Notes: a model not told the origin generated them from the letters alone. DNA of 64,000 bases from an uncultured Verrucomicrobiae bacterium (GCA_963764165.1 CAVXRD010000001.1:1344001-1408000), one strand, 5' to 3'; shown: positions 50,966 to 61,767, counted from the first letter of the stretch. A program made the numbers and translations.

Positions 50966-52693
50966 TCACGGCTTCGTGGTTGGAACTGGGGCGGGCGCGT
51001 GGGCCGGAGGCAGCCACTGCTGGATTAGTCTTCGCTCTTCCGGTTTCAGCCGATCCAGTGGAATTGTCTGCGCCAAGGCGCGCGCATTTTCCGCCTGTCC
51101 GTTGGCGCCAATGGTCGCCACATACACGGCAATCCAGCTCGGTAGCGAATCGGCCACGTAAAATTTTATCCCGTCGTAGGCCTTCAGCGCTCCGGCGGGA
51201 TCGTTGGAACGCAGCCGCGCCAGCGCCAGCGTCGCTCGATAGGCGGGCAATTGCGGCGAGTCATGGACGAGCTTCTCCGCAATTTCTCTCGAGGCGGGCA
51301 CATTGTCGTTCAACAGAAGACTCAAGTAGGCCAAATCGTTTTGCGGGGCTGGATCTTCTGGGTAAAGTTCCGCCATCGTCCGCATCAGCTTGCGCAATCC
51401 CGGCGTGTCACCCTGCCGTTCGGCGACGCGGATCATCCCCTCGTAGGCGACCCGGGAGAATTTCGGATCCTTCACCAGAACCTGGTAAGCCTGCAAAGCG
51501 CGATCCCCTGCGCCGACCGCCTCCGCGTAAGCGCCGATGTATTTCAGCATGTCCGGATTCGACCCAGCCAGAGTAAGGGCCTCCTGCCAGCGCAATTGCG
51601 CGCGCGGGCCGTCGCCCAATTGCATCGCTGTCCGCGCCCGAAAGACGGCCGATTGCATGGGATCAATCGGCAACGGCCCCTTGTTAAGGAAACCGTCGAG
51701 CTCGTTCCATCGCCCGCTTCTGGACATCGCATCGGTGTAAATTTGGAATAGCTCGGGCAATTGCAGCGCTTTGTCGCCGTTCAAAATTTGCAGAAGATCC
51801 GCATAAAGGCCCTGCTGGCTGAGCCAGCGGCATGCGATGAGGAATTTTTCGGGCGATTGCGAGGATTCCGCCAGGACTTTTGCGGTGACTTCGTCTTTGG
51901 CCTGCGGCGTCAAGCGCGCTTCCAATTGCATCTTGAGCATTTGCGTGGCGTCGTTGGTGGGGAACTTGGTGAGGTTGGTGAGAAGCTCGCGGACTTCGTT
52001 GGTCGCCAAGTCAGGCTGGATGGCCAGGCGCTGGAGGGCTTCGGGAACATTTTCTCCGCCGCCGCGCAAGGCCGTCCACAAAAGGGGCTTGGCCTCCTTC
52101 ACCGCCTGCGGATCAGGACTGGCTTGAAGATGGCGGGCCAGCATTAGGCTCATCCCGCCGTCGTCCGGCTTGTTTTGCAAATAGGCGCGCGCGAACCGGA
52201 GCACTTCCGCCTCTTGATGCTGCGCGTCCGCGAATATGGCCGCCAATCTCACCGCCTCAAGCGGAACCGGCGAGTGCGCCAGGACCGGGTTTAGATATTT
52301 GCCAACAAGTTCGTCCCGCTTGAAAAAAATCGCCAGCCGGGCCGCTTCCAGCCGATCGCCATCGTTGCCGCCATTTTCGCCAAAGACCACGTTCCAATGG
52401 GAAAATGCATCTGCCATCCGGGCTGCTGTCAACAATCGGGCCATTCCGTAGTTGGCGTGGACGCTGGCCGGGTCGATTTCCAGGGCCGCGCGGTATTTGT
52501 CGACGGCGGCGTTGGCCTGCTTTTCGTTGACCAGGAGATCGCCTTGCTGCGCGAGCGAATTGGCGCGGCGGTGTTTGAATTCGTGATAAAGCGGTTTGCC
52601 GCCGAAGATGAGGGCTATCACGAGGATCACCAGCGTCCACGTGATAAATTGGCGAAGACGGCTGTTTCTGCGGTTTAAATCTGGGAGGAGCAT
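50966..52693 (-). CDS. Membrane-anchored TPR protein
   Basis: N-terminal TM; TPR-like helices; NDLAYLSLL motif. Confidence 0.8.
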   Translation of the reverse strand: MLLPDLNRRNSRLRQFITWTLVILVIALIFGGKPLYHEFKHRRANSLAQQGDLLVNEKQANAAVDKYRAALEIDPASVHANYGMARLLTAARMADAFSHWNVVFGENGGNDGDRLEAARLAIFFKRDELVGKYLNPVLAHSPVPLEAVRLAAIFADAQHQEAEVLRFARAYLQNKPDDGGMSLMLARHLQASPDPQAVKEAKPLLWTALRGGGENVPEALQRLAIQPDLATNEVRELLTNLTKFPTNDATQMLKMQLEARLTPQAKDEVTAKVLAESSQSPEKFLIACRWLSQQGLYADLLQILNGDKALQLPELFQIYTDAMSRSGRWNELDGFLNKGPLPIDPMQSAVFRARTAMQLGDGPRAQLRWQEALTLAGSNPDMLKYIGAYAEAVGAGDRALQAYQVLVKDPKFSRVAYEGMIRVAERQGDTPGLRKLMRTMAELYPEDPAPQNDLAYLSLLLNDNVPASREIAEKLVHDSPQLPAYRATLALARLRSNDPAGALKAYDGIKFYVADSLPSWIAVYVATIGANGQAENARALAQTIPLDRLKPEERRLIQQWLPPAHAPAPVPTTKP

Positions 52694-52700
52694 AATTGAA

Positions 52701-54347
52701 CTAGCGTCCGCTCACTTCGACCAATTGCGGCAGCGATTGTTGAAGGGCCGCGCGCGCCTGGGCCAGGGACGTGTAACCTTCCATCGCAATCTCAAAAACC
52801 TGCTGACCGTAAAAGCGCTTGCCTTCCCACGCCGCGCGCAGGCGGCTGCTGGGTGACAATTCCGAGAGGTATTCGTCCCGGGCCTCCGAAAGCGGCGCGT
52901 GAGACGCGACACAGTCCTCATGCAGGCAGAAAAACACATACCAAGGCTTGCCGTCGGCTTTAAAGATATAATTCTCAAACGGCAGGCTCGCCTGGCCCGA
53001 CGGGGGGGAATAAACGAGCGCGTTCGTCTGGCCAACCATCGTGAATCCGCTGTGGGTCATGCAGACATCCGGGGTGTGGCCGCGCGCCAATTGCGCCGCG
53101 ACCCGGCCCGGCAGCCATTTGATAAAATACATGGTCCATTGGGCGCCGTCGGGGCGCGTCCACAAGCCGGTCTGGCTTTGGTCGCAACGGAGCAGCGACA
53201 ACACTTCGTCGGATAACGTTTGACGCTTGAATCCGTCCGATGACTTGGGCCAAACCACCGTCCAGCCAACTTCCTTCGCGACGCCCTGCTCCTTCGAGCG
53301 AAACCAGATTTCGTTCAACGTCTCGACGGCAATCAGCGCGACCGCGACCAGCACGATGGCGCGCCATGAAAAAAAACGTGGTTGCGCCGTGAGAGTTTCC
53401 GCGGGAGGCGATGGCGCTCCAAATTTCTTCGCCAGCAGGAGCGCAAGCGCCAGAATTCCAGCGATCGCGAAAATCAGGCCCGCCAATCCGAGCGCATCAT
53501 GCAGCGAGGTTTCGGCGGCAGCGCTTCGGGTCGCTGCGATCCAAGTTAGCGTGGTGGTGCGGAGAAAATTCAAAAGGATGCCCCACACCAATCCCGTTCC
53601 AATGAGAACGAACCGCGACAAGATTCCCAGCCGATAAAATTCGCCGAAAAAGACGCCCGCCATCAACGTTGTTTGGAAAGAACGAATCCCGCTGCACGCT
53701 TCGCTGACACCGAGCGTGGCGTGGCGCAATTGAATGATATTGCCGTGCAAGACGGCAGGAATGCCCATCCAGTTAATGGCTTCAACCGTCGTTGCGGAAA
53801 TGTCGTGCGTGAGTGTGTCAATGATGGCTTTTTCACCGCGCGTGGGCCAGGGGACCGCGAGCAGAACAAAGGCCAGCGGCATCCAGAAGTGCTTCACCCA
53901 CGGCTTGCCGCCGATGAACAGCATGGCCAAAAAAACGACCGCAACATAAAGCGCCGCATCGCACCAGAGCAGCATCCGCCAATCTGGATTTGCTTCCAAC
54001 AGCACTCGCAAAGGCAGCGCGGCGATGGCCAGCAACGCGGCCGCCCCATAAAAGAAACCGCGGAGAAGCGGTTTGGGAGGAACCGGATTTGGCCGGTCCG
54101 CCCAGCGCTTCCAAAATAAATACGTCGCCAGAAACGGAACGCCCCATCCGAATGAGTATTGCGGATTCACCGACCATTCGAGGGAGAGAAATCGCAGGCT
54201 CGCGGCAATGACCGCCGCCAGGACAATAACCGTCGCCAGCGCCGATTTCAGGGGAGGCGCGGCGGATTCAGCCTTAACGGACGGGAGCGCTTCCGTGCCA
54301 GGCGCGTTAACCAATTGGGGGGCGAACTTAGCCACGATTCCCCGCAC
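52701..54347 (-). CDS. Exosortase family protein with EpsI-like C-terminal domain
   Basis: W..NPQYSFG, ACSGIRS (catalytic Cys), NFLR and LHD; HTPDVC in the soluble domain. Confidence 0.88.
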   Translation of the reverse strand: MRGIVAKFAPQLVNAPGTEALPSVKAESAAPPLKSALATVIVLAAVIAASLRFLSLEWSVNPQYSFGWGVPFLATYLFWKRWADRPNPVPPKPLLRGFFYGAAALLAIAALPLRVLLEANPDWRMLLWCDAALYVAVVFLAMLFIGGKPWVKHFWMPLAFVLLAVPWPTRGEKAIIDTLTHDISATTVEAINWMGIPAVLHGNIIQLRHATLGVSEACSGIRSFQTTLMAGVFFGEFYRLGILSRFVLIGTGLVWGILLNFLRTTTLTWIAATRSAAAETSLHDALGLAGLIFAIAGILALALLLAKKFGAPSPPAETLTAQPRFFSWRAIVLVAVALIAVETLNEIWFRSKEQGVAKEVGWTVVWPKSSDGFKRQTLSDEVLSLLRCDQSQTGLWTRPDGAQWTMYFIKWLPGRVAAQLARGHTPDVCMTHSGFTMVGQTNALVYSPPSGQASLPFENYIFKADGKPWYVFFCLHEDCVASHAPLSEARDEYLSELSPSSRLRAAWEGKRFYGQQVFEIAMEGYTSLAQARAALQQSLPQLVEVSGR

Positions 54348-54397
54348 GATACGTCAAATTCTCCCCGAAAGCACGCGGAATTCGATGGCCTTCCAAA

Positions 54398-54478
54398 GGC
54401 AGGGACGCCTCGCCGAGGCGTCCGGGCCGCGGCACGATTCATGCGCAAACCCGGACGCCTCGGCGAGGCGTCCCTACC
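54398..54478. repeat. GTAG-type REPIN, copy 4
   Basis: ggcagggacgcctcgccgaggcgtcc ... ggacgcctcggcgaggcgtccctacc. Confidence 0.9.
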
Positions 54479-54493
54479 TCAAAAGTTCCCACT

Positions 54494-54997
54494 TCACGTC
54501 CTTGTCAGACAGGTGATCATTTCGCGGTGGGCGGGAAATTGCTGGGCGAGAACTTCCCGCTCACCGGAAATGTAATCCGCGTAATCAAACCCCGGAGCCA
54601 TGGTGGCGCCGAGCAAGGCGAACTTGCCGCCGGCCATCAATCGCGAGCCTTGCCAGACTCCCGCCGGCACCGCCAATTGCACGCGCATTCCCTGCGTGAC
54701 GTCATGCCCCAAAACGATCCTTTCACCCGACCCGCCGGGTTTGAGTTGCAGCATCTCGACGGGATCGCCCAGGTAGAAGTGAAATATCTCGTCGCCGGGC
54801 AGCGTGTGCATGGCCGAAAATGTTTCCGGGGTCAGCATATAATATATCGCCGTCCCCAATGAACGCGGCCCGCTGTAGCCCGGAGGCAGCGCAGGCACGG
54901 GAATTTGATGCGCCGCGCGGTAGGTCTCGACAAACCAGCCGCCCTCTACCGGATGCGGCTGCAAGCCCAACGCGTTGATAACGTCATCAGCAGTCAT
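54494..54997 (-). CDS. Cupin domain protein (DUF985 family)
   Basis: LQPHPVEGGWF, DEIFHFY.G and APGFDY.D motifs. Confidence 0.9.
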   Translation of the reverse strand: MTADDVINALGLQPHPVEGGWFVETYRAAHQIPVPALPPGYSGPRSLGTAIYYMLTPETFSAMHTLPGDEIFHFYLGDPVEMLQLKPGGSGERIVLGHDVTQGMRVQLAVPAGVWQGSRLMAGGKFALLGATMAPGFDYADYISGEREVLAQQFPAHREMITCLTRT

Positions 54998-55012
54998 GGG
55001 GGAAAAAGGATT

Positions 55013-55849
55013 TCAAACGAGTGACCGGAAAATGCGGGTCAATTCACGCTGGCCGACGTCTGAGGCAAACAGCACCACCGCCATCATCAAAACCGGAGCG
55101 AAATCGATTCTGCCCGCTTGCAGCGGCAGCCACTTAAATGGGCGCATGATTCCCCGGGCCGTAGTATTGACGAATTTCCAGAACGGCAATTCGCCCAAGT
55201 ACACGTGGGTGTTCACGATGTGCAGCGCGAGAATCGCCACCAGCAAAAACTTCAGCGCCAGATACGCTGCCAGTCCAACGACCGCGCCCTGGGCCACAAT
55301 CCGCCATTTGGATTCCGTGCTCGCCGGCAGCATTCCCATACGCACAAACAGCGGATTTCCCAGGCACCAAATGGCGGACACCACCAGGAGCGGCAAAAGG
55401 ATTTTGATCACCGTTGGCCATCGCTCCAGACTTCCCAGTTGCGCCCGCACCAACCGCTGTCCTGGCTCGGCATCGGCTGCCGCCGCATTGATCCACGAGA
55501 GCAAAAGGAGGCACAAATAAAAGATTCCCAGCGCCACAAGGAAACTCGCGATCGAGAAGAGAAACATCCGGCCCAGAAGATCGCTGCGAAAAGGGAAGGT
55601 GGTCGGCCCCAGCGGGAGGCGCGCATCCCAGCGGACCGGCCCCCCTAATTGCCAATATAACAGAGGCCTCAATCCAATGAGCGCCACGAGCCACGCGAGA
55701 TAGAATATGCGCGGCCGCTGCCGTTCAGTGCCTTTGATTGCCGAGGCGAGTGATGGGCCGGACGGCGTTTTGGCAGACAGACGGACTGAGCGCCAATTGA
55801 GCCAAAGCATCAGCCCGGCGGCGTTCAGAATGAAATCAATCCAGCTCAT
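55013..55849 (-). CDS. YggT-like membrane protein
   Basis: TM-rich; PLQAGRIDFAPV motif. Confidence 0.65.
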   Translation of the reverse strand: MSWIDFILNAAGLMLWLNWRSVRLSAKTPSGPSLASAIKGTERQRPRIFYLAWLVALIGLRPLLYWQLGGPVRWDARLPLGPTTFPFRSDLLGRMFLFSIASFLVALGIFYLCLLLLSWINAAAADAEPGQRLVRAQLGSLERWPTVIKILLPLLVVSAIWCLGNPLFVRMGMLPASTESKWRIVAQGAVVGLAAYLALKFLLVAILALHIVNTHVYLGELPFWKFVNTTARGIMRPFKWLPLQAGRIDFAPVLMMAVVLFASDVGQRELTRIFRSLV

Positions 55850-55938
55850 TCGGCGACAACGACGCTTCGATTGAACGAGTTCACGGGCGCTATTTCAAAC
55901 CAAAAATAAAACTATGGGAGGAATGGGAAGTGCGGGAG

Positions 55939-57093
55939 CTATGAACCGGTTCGTTTGAGCGCCAGGCGGACGGTGAGCGAGTCGAAGCCGTTCGGACGCG
56001 CATACGCGGCCTCGCGCTCGATGTGCTCCTCCGCCTCCAGCACTGTGATTGCCGCCGCCTCTTTGACAAGCGCGGCGAGCAAAGTGCGCACGATCAGCCG
56101 CGCATGCGGGGCGCCGAGGCAAAGGTGCGCGCCAAAACCGAACGACAAATGCGGATTCGGCCGGCGGTCCAGGCGAACCTCCTGCGGCTCGGGAAAAACG
56201 GTTTCGTCAAAATTCGCCGCGGCCCAGCCCAGCGACACCCGCTCATTGGCTTTCACCGGCGCGCCATGCACATTGGTGTCCGCCGGGCAAACGCGGCCAA
56301 TGTGAGTCAGCGGCATGAAGACCCGGAAAAATTCCTCTCCCGCCAGGACAATGCGTTTCGGATCCTCGCGCAAATAATCGAAGGCAGCCGGATTGCGCCC
56401 CAGATATGCAATGATCGAGGAGATGCTGTGGATAATAGTGTCGCGCCCGCCGGCGAAGGCGAGATTGCCAAAGCCCATCATTTCCTCCTGCGTGAGTTTG
56501 CGCCCGCGATAGGTGGCTTGCGTCAATGCGCTGAAAAAATCCGGGCCGGGGTTTGCCCCAGCGCGATCAAATTGCCCGGCCAGATATTCCTCGAGCACGT
56601 TGCCTTTTTTGAATTGCCCGCCCGAAACTTTGAAGACATGAATGCCCCAGCCTATCCACACCTCCGCCTCGGTTTCTGGGACATTGAGAAGATAGGTGAG
56701 CGCCCGCGATTGCACGGGGAGCGCGAAGTCCTGCACCACTTCAAACGAATCGCGCCTGCCTGCCTCCGCGATTTTGCCGGCAATCAACGCCTCAACTTTC
56801 GCGATCATCTCCGGCTGTTTGGCCCGCTCAAAAAATGGCTCGACGATGGCGCGGTACTCGGTGTGCTCGGGAGGGTTCGTCTCGATTGGCAATTGCCGCA
56901 TGGTGCGAACTTCTTCCTCGGAGGGAATCGGCACGCGAAACGGCGCGTCCGAGCTGAACGTCTTCCAATCTTTCGCCGCCTCCCGCACGGCCGCGTGCCG
57001 CAAGATCATTGGGATAGTTTCGCCTTGAAAGGGGCACCGAAGAACGCCGTCCTTTTTCCGCGCATCGTGAAATGGGTCGGGAATCTGGCTCAT
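55939..57093 (-). CDS. Cytochrome P450
   Basis: AGGRDT, EEFFR and FGFGAHLCLG motifs. Confidence 0.93.
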   Translation of the reverse strand: MSQIPDPFHDARKKDGVLRCPFQGETIPMILRHAAVREAAKDWKTFSSDAPFRVPIPSEEEVRTMRQLPIETNPPEHTEYRAIVEPFFERAKQPEMIAKVEALIAGKIAEAGRRDSFEVVQDFALPVQSRALTYLLNVPETEAEVWIGWGIHVFKVSGGQFKKGNVLEEYLAGQFDRAGANPGPDFFSALTQATYRGRKLTQEEMMGFGNLAFAGGRDTIIHSISSIIAYLGRNPAAFDYLREDPKRIVLAGEEFFRVFMPLTHIGRVCPADTNVHGAPVKANERVSLGWAAANFDETVFPEPQEVRLDRRPNPHLSFGFGAHLCLGAPHARLIVRTLLAALVKEAAAITVLEAEEHIEREAAYARPNGFDSLTVRLALKRTGS

Positions 57094-57246
57094 TGAATGC
57101 CGTTATTCTACGCGAGGCACGGATGCTCGTGCAAGGGACTTTGGGCAGTGGTGCACCATCGCCAGCCAAACAATGCGGGACTTCGAGATCACCCCTCCTA
57201 TAGTCCTCGCGAATTACGATAAATTCTATGTTTTGTTCAGAGAAAC

Positions 57247-58260
57247 TCAGTGCAAGGGACGCAGCACCTCATCAAGCCTGGCCCGGGTGCGCAGCGCGTT
57301 GGGGATCACCTCCTCGGTGATCTTTTTGATCCGTTTTTCGGCCTCTTTGCGCGCGGCCCGAACCTGCCAGGCCCGAGGGTTGAGATACCACGGAATTATT
57401 TGCTCGCGATAATGCTCCAGCTTGGCCTGGTGGATGGGCACAAGTTCCAGGGCTTTCTCAAGTTCGGGCCATTGGAGCTCTTCTAGAACTTGGTCCACGA
57501 CGGGATTGCGCAATCGCTCGATGGCGACCACGCTTCGTGCCAGGAGATGGAACTTGTGGAACAGGGATTCGACGTAATACTCGTCTGGAGCATAAGCCTT
57601 TTCGTGAAAACGAAACGTGGAAAAGCGTTCCGGCGTGATGGCGATCCGCACGTCAAAGATATTTTGAACGCCCCAGCCGCAATCACCTGCCGTGCCGAAC
57701 TCCGTGGGAAAGGGGCGCTGCTTGAGGCAATCGGCGCGATAAAGGTTGCTGGCCGAACTGCCGAGGATGGCGCCCCAGAGATTGGTCACCGCGAAATAAA
57801 ACTGTTCGGTCGTGGAAAGCAATTGCGGGCTCTTGATCTGCAGTTGGCGCAAAATGACATCAATCGGCCAGCGCTGGTCCGGCAGCGCTTCCCCCTCGCC
57901 ATTGACGAAGTCCGGCTTGCTAATCACCACGTCGCTGTGAAGTTTCTCGGCCAGGTCGAACAGTGATTGGACGCCCTGGCGGGTGATTGAGTCCCCCACG
58001 GTGGAGACGTAAATGTATTTGGCGCTGGCGTTCCGGATGCCAAAATTCCACGACTGATACAGGCCGCGCGGATGGTTCAGGAATCGAACGCGCGGATGGT
58101 TCAGGCCGGCGCGGAGAAGCTTGACGGTGTCATCGCAGGAATCGCTGTCCACCACCACAACTTCCTCCGCAAGATCAAGCCAGGAGCGAAGGGATTCAAG
58201 ATGGGCCGGCACGAGCGCGGCGCAGTTAAGGGTTGGAACGAGAACGCTAATGGGAAGCAT
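57247..58260 (-). CDS. Glycosyltransferase family 2
   Basis: ISVLVPTLN, VVVVDSDS.D.T and GLYQSWN.G motifs. Confidence 0.8.
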   Translation of the reverse strand: MLPISVLVPTLNCAALVPAHLESLRSWLDLAEEVVVVDSDSCDDTVKLLRAGLNHPRVRFLNHPRGLYQSWNFGIRNASAKYIYVSTVGDSITRQGVQSLFDLAEKLHSDVVISKPDFVNGEGEALPDQRWPIDVILRQLQIKSPQLLSTTEQFYFAVTNLWGAILGSSASNLYRADCLKQRPFPTEFGTAGDCGWGVQNIFDVRIAITPERFSTFRFHEKAYAPDEYYVESLFHKFHLLARSVVAIERLRNPVVDQVLEELQWPELEKALELVPIHQAKLEHYREQIIPWYLNPRAWQVRAARKEAEKRIKKITEEVIPNALRTRARLDEVLRPLH

Positions 58261-58533
58261 GGTTGGGGTGATGTTGTTAGGTGATTCGATGCCAGAATTC
58301 CGGGATGGATTCGGGCGAAGGCTCCAAGGCGGGATCGGGGGAGTCGCCCGCTAGGATTCCTGTTAGCCAGCTAAAATGTTGTCTCGGCGCCATGGGTCGG
58401 GCAAAACGCTTTTTGACTTCGTTTTATGCAGGGCACAAAGCGGCTGCCATACAGAGGGAAACACTACACACAGCGAAAGTTTTGTTAAAGCTTTTTTCAA
58501 CAAGAATTTTAGGAAAGCGCCGCAGCCGAGGCC

Positions 58534-59460
58534 TCAAGCCCACCGGCCCAGATTCTTCTTTACGACGATCCACCGGCCGATCTGGTTCCAATAGCGCCGA
58601 CGGGAAACCGGCGTGATGGTGGTGGAGAAAATCCTCTCGAATTGATCAAGCAATCTCTCGCGTCCAAAAAACGTGTTCGGCTGGTTGCCGTGAAAGAACG
58701 GCTGGCGCATGTATTCCATGTACTTTGCGTCGTCCTTGTCCAATTCAATGATTTTCTCAATCAGCGCTTCCTCGCTGGGAAAATCAAAATAATTGAGAAA
58801 GCTTTTGGTGTTGAATTCTTCGCCAATGCGCGGATTGCCCCAATAGATCGGCAGGCAGCGCGCCCACATTGCCTCGGTTAGCTTTTCCGTGGTGTAGCCT
58901 TCTATGGAACTGTTCTCAAAGGCGATGTTGAATTTGTAAGAGTGCAGAAAATCAAGCTTTGCCCCCGGCGGCAGGCGGCCGCCGATGTTGTTAAACGCCG
59001 CTCCGCCGGAGTCCACCTTCTTGTATTTGGAAAGACGGTGGAAAAACTGGACGCGCTTCTGGGTCTTGGCGCGCTTGGCGTTGCTGACAACAAAGCTGCA
59101 GAATTTCTCCCTGCCGGCCATCTTGCCGGCCAGCTCCTCGCCCGTTTTGCGCAGGCTTTGCGGGTTCGTGTTCAAAACATAAAAGGGCAGGCGCAAATTG
59201 CGCGGATCGTTCAACTCGCGGCAGGTGAAGGCGTAATCACAAGCTTTGAAATCCGGCTCAAACGATTCCACGGAAACATAAATTTTGACACAATCGTGGA
59301 TGCGATGCACATGCTGGCCGGGGTCGGCGTAAATAAGAAAATCCGGCTGGTCGCATATTTGGATATCGAACCGTTCACTCAGCAGGTCGTAAAAAAAATT
59401 CCTCGTCTTGAGGAAGCCGGGCCAGAAATCGCAGAAATCCAGCCGAACTTTCATTTTCAT
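58534..59460 (-). CDS. GT10 alpha-1,3/4-fucosyltransferase family
   Basis: KFCSFVVSN, YKFNIAFENS..EGYTTEKL and PIYWG motifs. Confidence 0.9.
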   Translation of the reverse strand: MKMKVRLDFCDFWPGFLKTRNFFYDLLSERFDIQICDQPDFLIYADPGQHVHRIHDCVKIYVSVESFEPDFKACDYAFTCRELNDPRNLRLPFYVLNTNPQSLRKTGEELAGKMAGREKFCSFVVSNAKRAKTQKRVQFFHRLSKYKKVDSGGAAFNNIGGRLPPGAKLDFLHSYKFNIAFENSSIEGYTTEKLTEAMWARCLPIYWGNPRIGEEFNTKSFLNYFDFPSEEALIEKIIELDKDDAKYMEYMRQPFFHGNQPNTFFGRERLLDQFERIFSTTITPVSRRRYWNQIGRWIVVKKNLGRWA

Positions 59461-59516
59461 AATCAATCCGGGCACCCTATCAAACCGCCAAAGCGGCGCA
59501 AAGTCCGATTTCTCTT

Positions 59517-59632
59517 GGGTGCAGGACAAAATTCTTCCGCCGCTGTGGTGGCAGAGGCGTCTCGCCTCCGCCGGCAATTCAGCGGCGGGACGCCGCTGCC
59601 ACTCTTTTCGTGAAGAATTTTGTCCTGCACCC
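59517..59632. repeat. Palindromic element with internal REP-like hairpins
   Basis: gggtgcaggacaaaattcttc / gaagaattttgtcctgcaccc perfect arms enclosing gtggcagaggcgtctcgcc...cgccgctgccac. Confidence 0.8.
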
Positions 59633-59699
59633 ATTTCTCCTGCTGTCGCAGTAAAAACTCGCGCTTCCGGGAGTCTCTGCCCATATTGGCGCAATTGAC

Positions 59700-61520
59700 A
59701 TGATTGATTTCTGGCTCAAACTTTGGCGATTGATCGGACCGTACCGGGTTCGATTTGTCATTGGAACCATCTTTGGCGGGTTGGGAGGCATGGCGGACAC
59801 GGTGGTGCTGGTCACGGTATTTTTTGTCGTAAGCCTCGTCTTTTCCGATTCCGACCAGGCGACGCTGGCCAAAATAAACCAGATAAACCAATATTCACCG
59901 TGGCTGGCCGATCTTGTCCGTTCCGCTTTCACCTCGATCGCCACCCATGTTCATGCTTCGAACGTGAGCCTGTTTCTGGCCGTCAGTTTGATTCCCATAG
60001 TGATGCTGGCCCGCGGGATCGTCAATTATTTGGGATCCTATCTTATGGGGTGGGTGGCGACCCGCACTGTGGCGGACCTTCGCGCGCGCCTGTTCGAGCA
60101 TCTGCTCAATTTGCCGCTCGGCTTTTTGACCCGCATCAGCACCGGCGAACTCATGTCCAGGGTCAACGATGTTGGCGTGCTGCAAACCATGTTCGCAGGC
60201 TCCATGATCACCATGATCAAGGAGCCGGTAAACATCGCCACTCTTATTTTCACCGCGTTCGCGCTGTTTCCATGGCTGACGCTTGTTGCGCTGGGCACCG
60301 TCCCGCTTTGCGCCATACCCATCTATGTCTACAACAAAAAGGTTCGGAAAGCGGGGGCAGCCATCCAAACCGAGGCAGCCAGCTTGAACAACATGATGCA
60401 TGAGGCTTTCACCGGAAACCGGATTATCAAGGGCTACGGCCTTGAAGGCGTTGTCATGGAACGGTTCCTGGCCAACCAGAACAAGTTCAACAGCCACTAT
60501 ATGAGGGTGGTGCGTTCGACGGAGACACCGGGGCCGATGATTGAATTTTTCGGCGCCATCGGAATCGCAATTGTTCTCTTCCATCTCGGCGGCAGGACCA
60601 GCCCGGTCAAGTTCGGGGTCTTCATCGCTGCCATCATTACCATCTATCGCCCCATCAAGGCTGTCATCCGCACACAAAGTCAGCTCAACCAGACCAAGGC
60701 AGCCACCGAACGTGTCTTCGAATTGCTCGCCACCAAGAGCAATCTTATTGATCCTCCAAATCCGCTGCCTTTGGTTGCCGCCGGGGCGGACATTGAATTT
60801 GACCATGTTAACTTCAAGTATGACGAGAAGCCCATCATTATTGACTTCAATCTGCGGGTCGAGCCGGGACAGATGATTGCGCTGGTTGGCAGCAGCGGCT
60901 CCGGCAAAACCACCATCACCAACTTGCTCCTCCGGTTTTACGATCCCGTCAGCGGAGCGATTCGCATTGGAGGCAAGGATTTGCGATCCGTCGCCCTGCG
61001 GGACGTCCGGTCGCAGCTCGCCGTCGTCACCCAGGACGTGATTTTGTTTAACGAGAGCGTCCGGCGGAACATCGGTTACGGCAGGGCGGGCGCGACCTTC
61101 GACGAGATTCAAGAAGCGGCCCGGCACGCCTTCTGCCACGACTTCATCGTTCAGAAGAAGGGGGGATACGATTTCGTCGTCGGCGAAAAGGGCGCCAACC
61201 TGTCCGGCGGCGAACGCCAGCGGGTCGCCATCGCCCGGGCCATCCTCAAGAATGCGCCGATTCTGATTCTTGACGAAGCCACCAGCTCCCTCGACAACGA
61301 ATCGGAGCGCGCGGTGCAGGCTGCCTTGGATGAATTAATGAAAGGGCGCACGACATTTTGCGTGGCGCACCGGCTTTCCACCATCCAACGCGCCGATTTG
61401 ATCCTGGTGATGAGCCACGGAAGAATTGTCGAAACCGGGCGTCACGCCGAGCTGCTCGCCAGGGGCGGCGTCTACAAGAATCTGCATGCGCTGGGCATTG
61501 AGCAAAAAGACCGGCGGTGA
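59700..61520 (+). CDS. ABC exporter, MsbA-like (TMD plus NBD)
   Basis: GSSGSGKT, LSGGERQR, ILDEATS and AHRLST motifs. Confidence 0.92.
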   Translation: MIDFWLKLWRLIGPYRVRFVIGTIFGGLGGMADTVVLVTVFFVVSLVFSDSDQATLAKINQINQYSPWLADLVRSAFTSIATHVHASNVSLFLAVSLIPIVMLARGIVNYLGSYLMGWVATRTVADLRARLFEHLLNLPLGFLTRISTGELMSRVNDVGVLQTMFAGSMITMIKEPVNIATLIFTAFALFPWLTLVALGTVPLCAIPIYVYNKKVRKAGAAIQTEAASLNNMMHEAFTGNRIIKGYGLEGVVMERFLANQNKFNSHYMRVVRSTETPGPMIEFFGAIGIAIVLFHLGGRTSPVKFGVFIAAIITIYRPIKAVIRTQSQLNQTKAATERVFELLATKSNLIDPPNPLPLVAAGADIEFDHVNFKYDEKPIIIDFNLRVEPGQMIALVGSSGSGKTTITNLLLRFYDPVSGAIRIGGKDLRSVALRDVRSQLAVVTQDVILFNESVRRNIGYGRAGATFDEIQEAARHAFCHDFIVQKKGGYDFVVGEKGANLSGGERQRVAIARAILKNAPILILDEATSSLDNESERAVQAALDELMKGRTTFCVAHRLSTIQRADLILVMSHGRIVETGRHAELLARGGVYKNLHALGIEQKDRR

Positions 61521-61767
61521 ACCGAGTTGGTTTTTGGGAACCTTTGGCGAATTGGCACGGGGCGGGATTGTGAATGGACCTCGGCGATGAGCGCATCCCG
61601 TCAGGGATGCGAGGGACTCGGACTCCTCAATTTCGCATCGCCGGGCCACCACTAATACGTCAAGTGGCGTATTTCCACGTCAAACACTTTGTTCCATGCT
61701 CACGAGCTCAGGCTGGGGCATGGTTCCCTAAGCCGGGTGTTCTCATTCAAATTTAGCGGCTGATTTT

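Noticed and set aside
37157..54478. CRISPR interpretation of the GGACGCCTCG repeats
   Set aside because: They are inverted, dispersed pairs with homologous spacers; there is no regular array and no cas gene.
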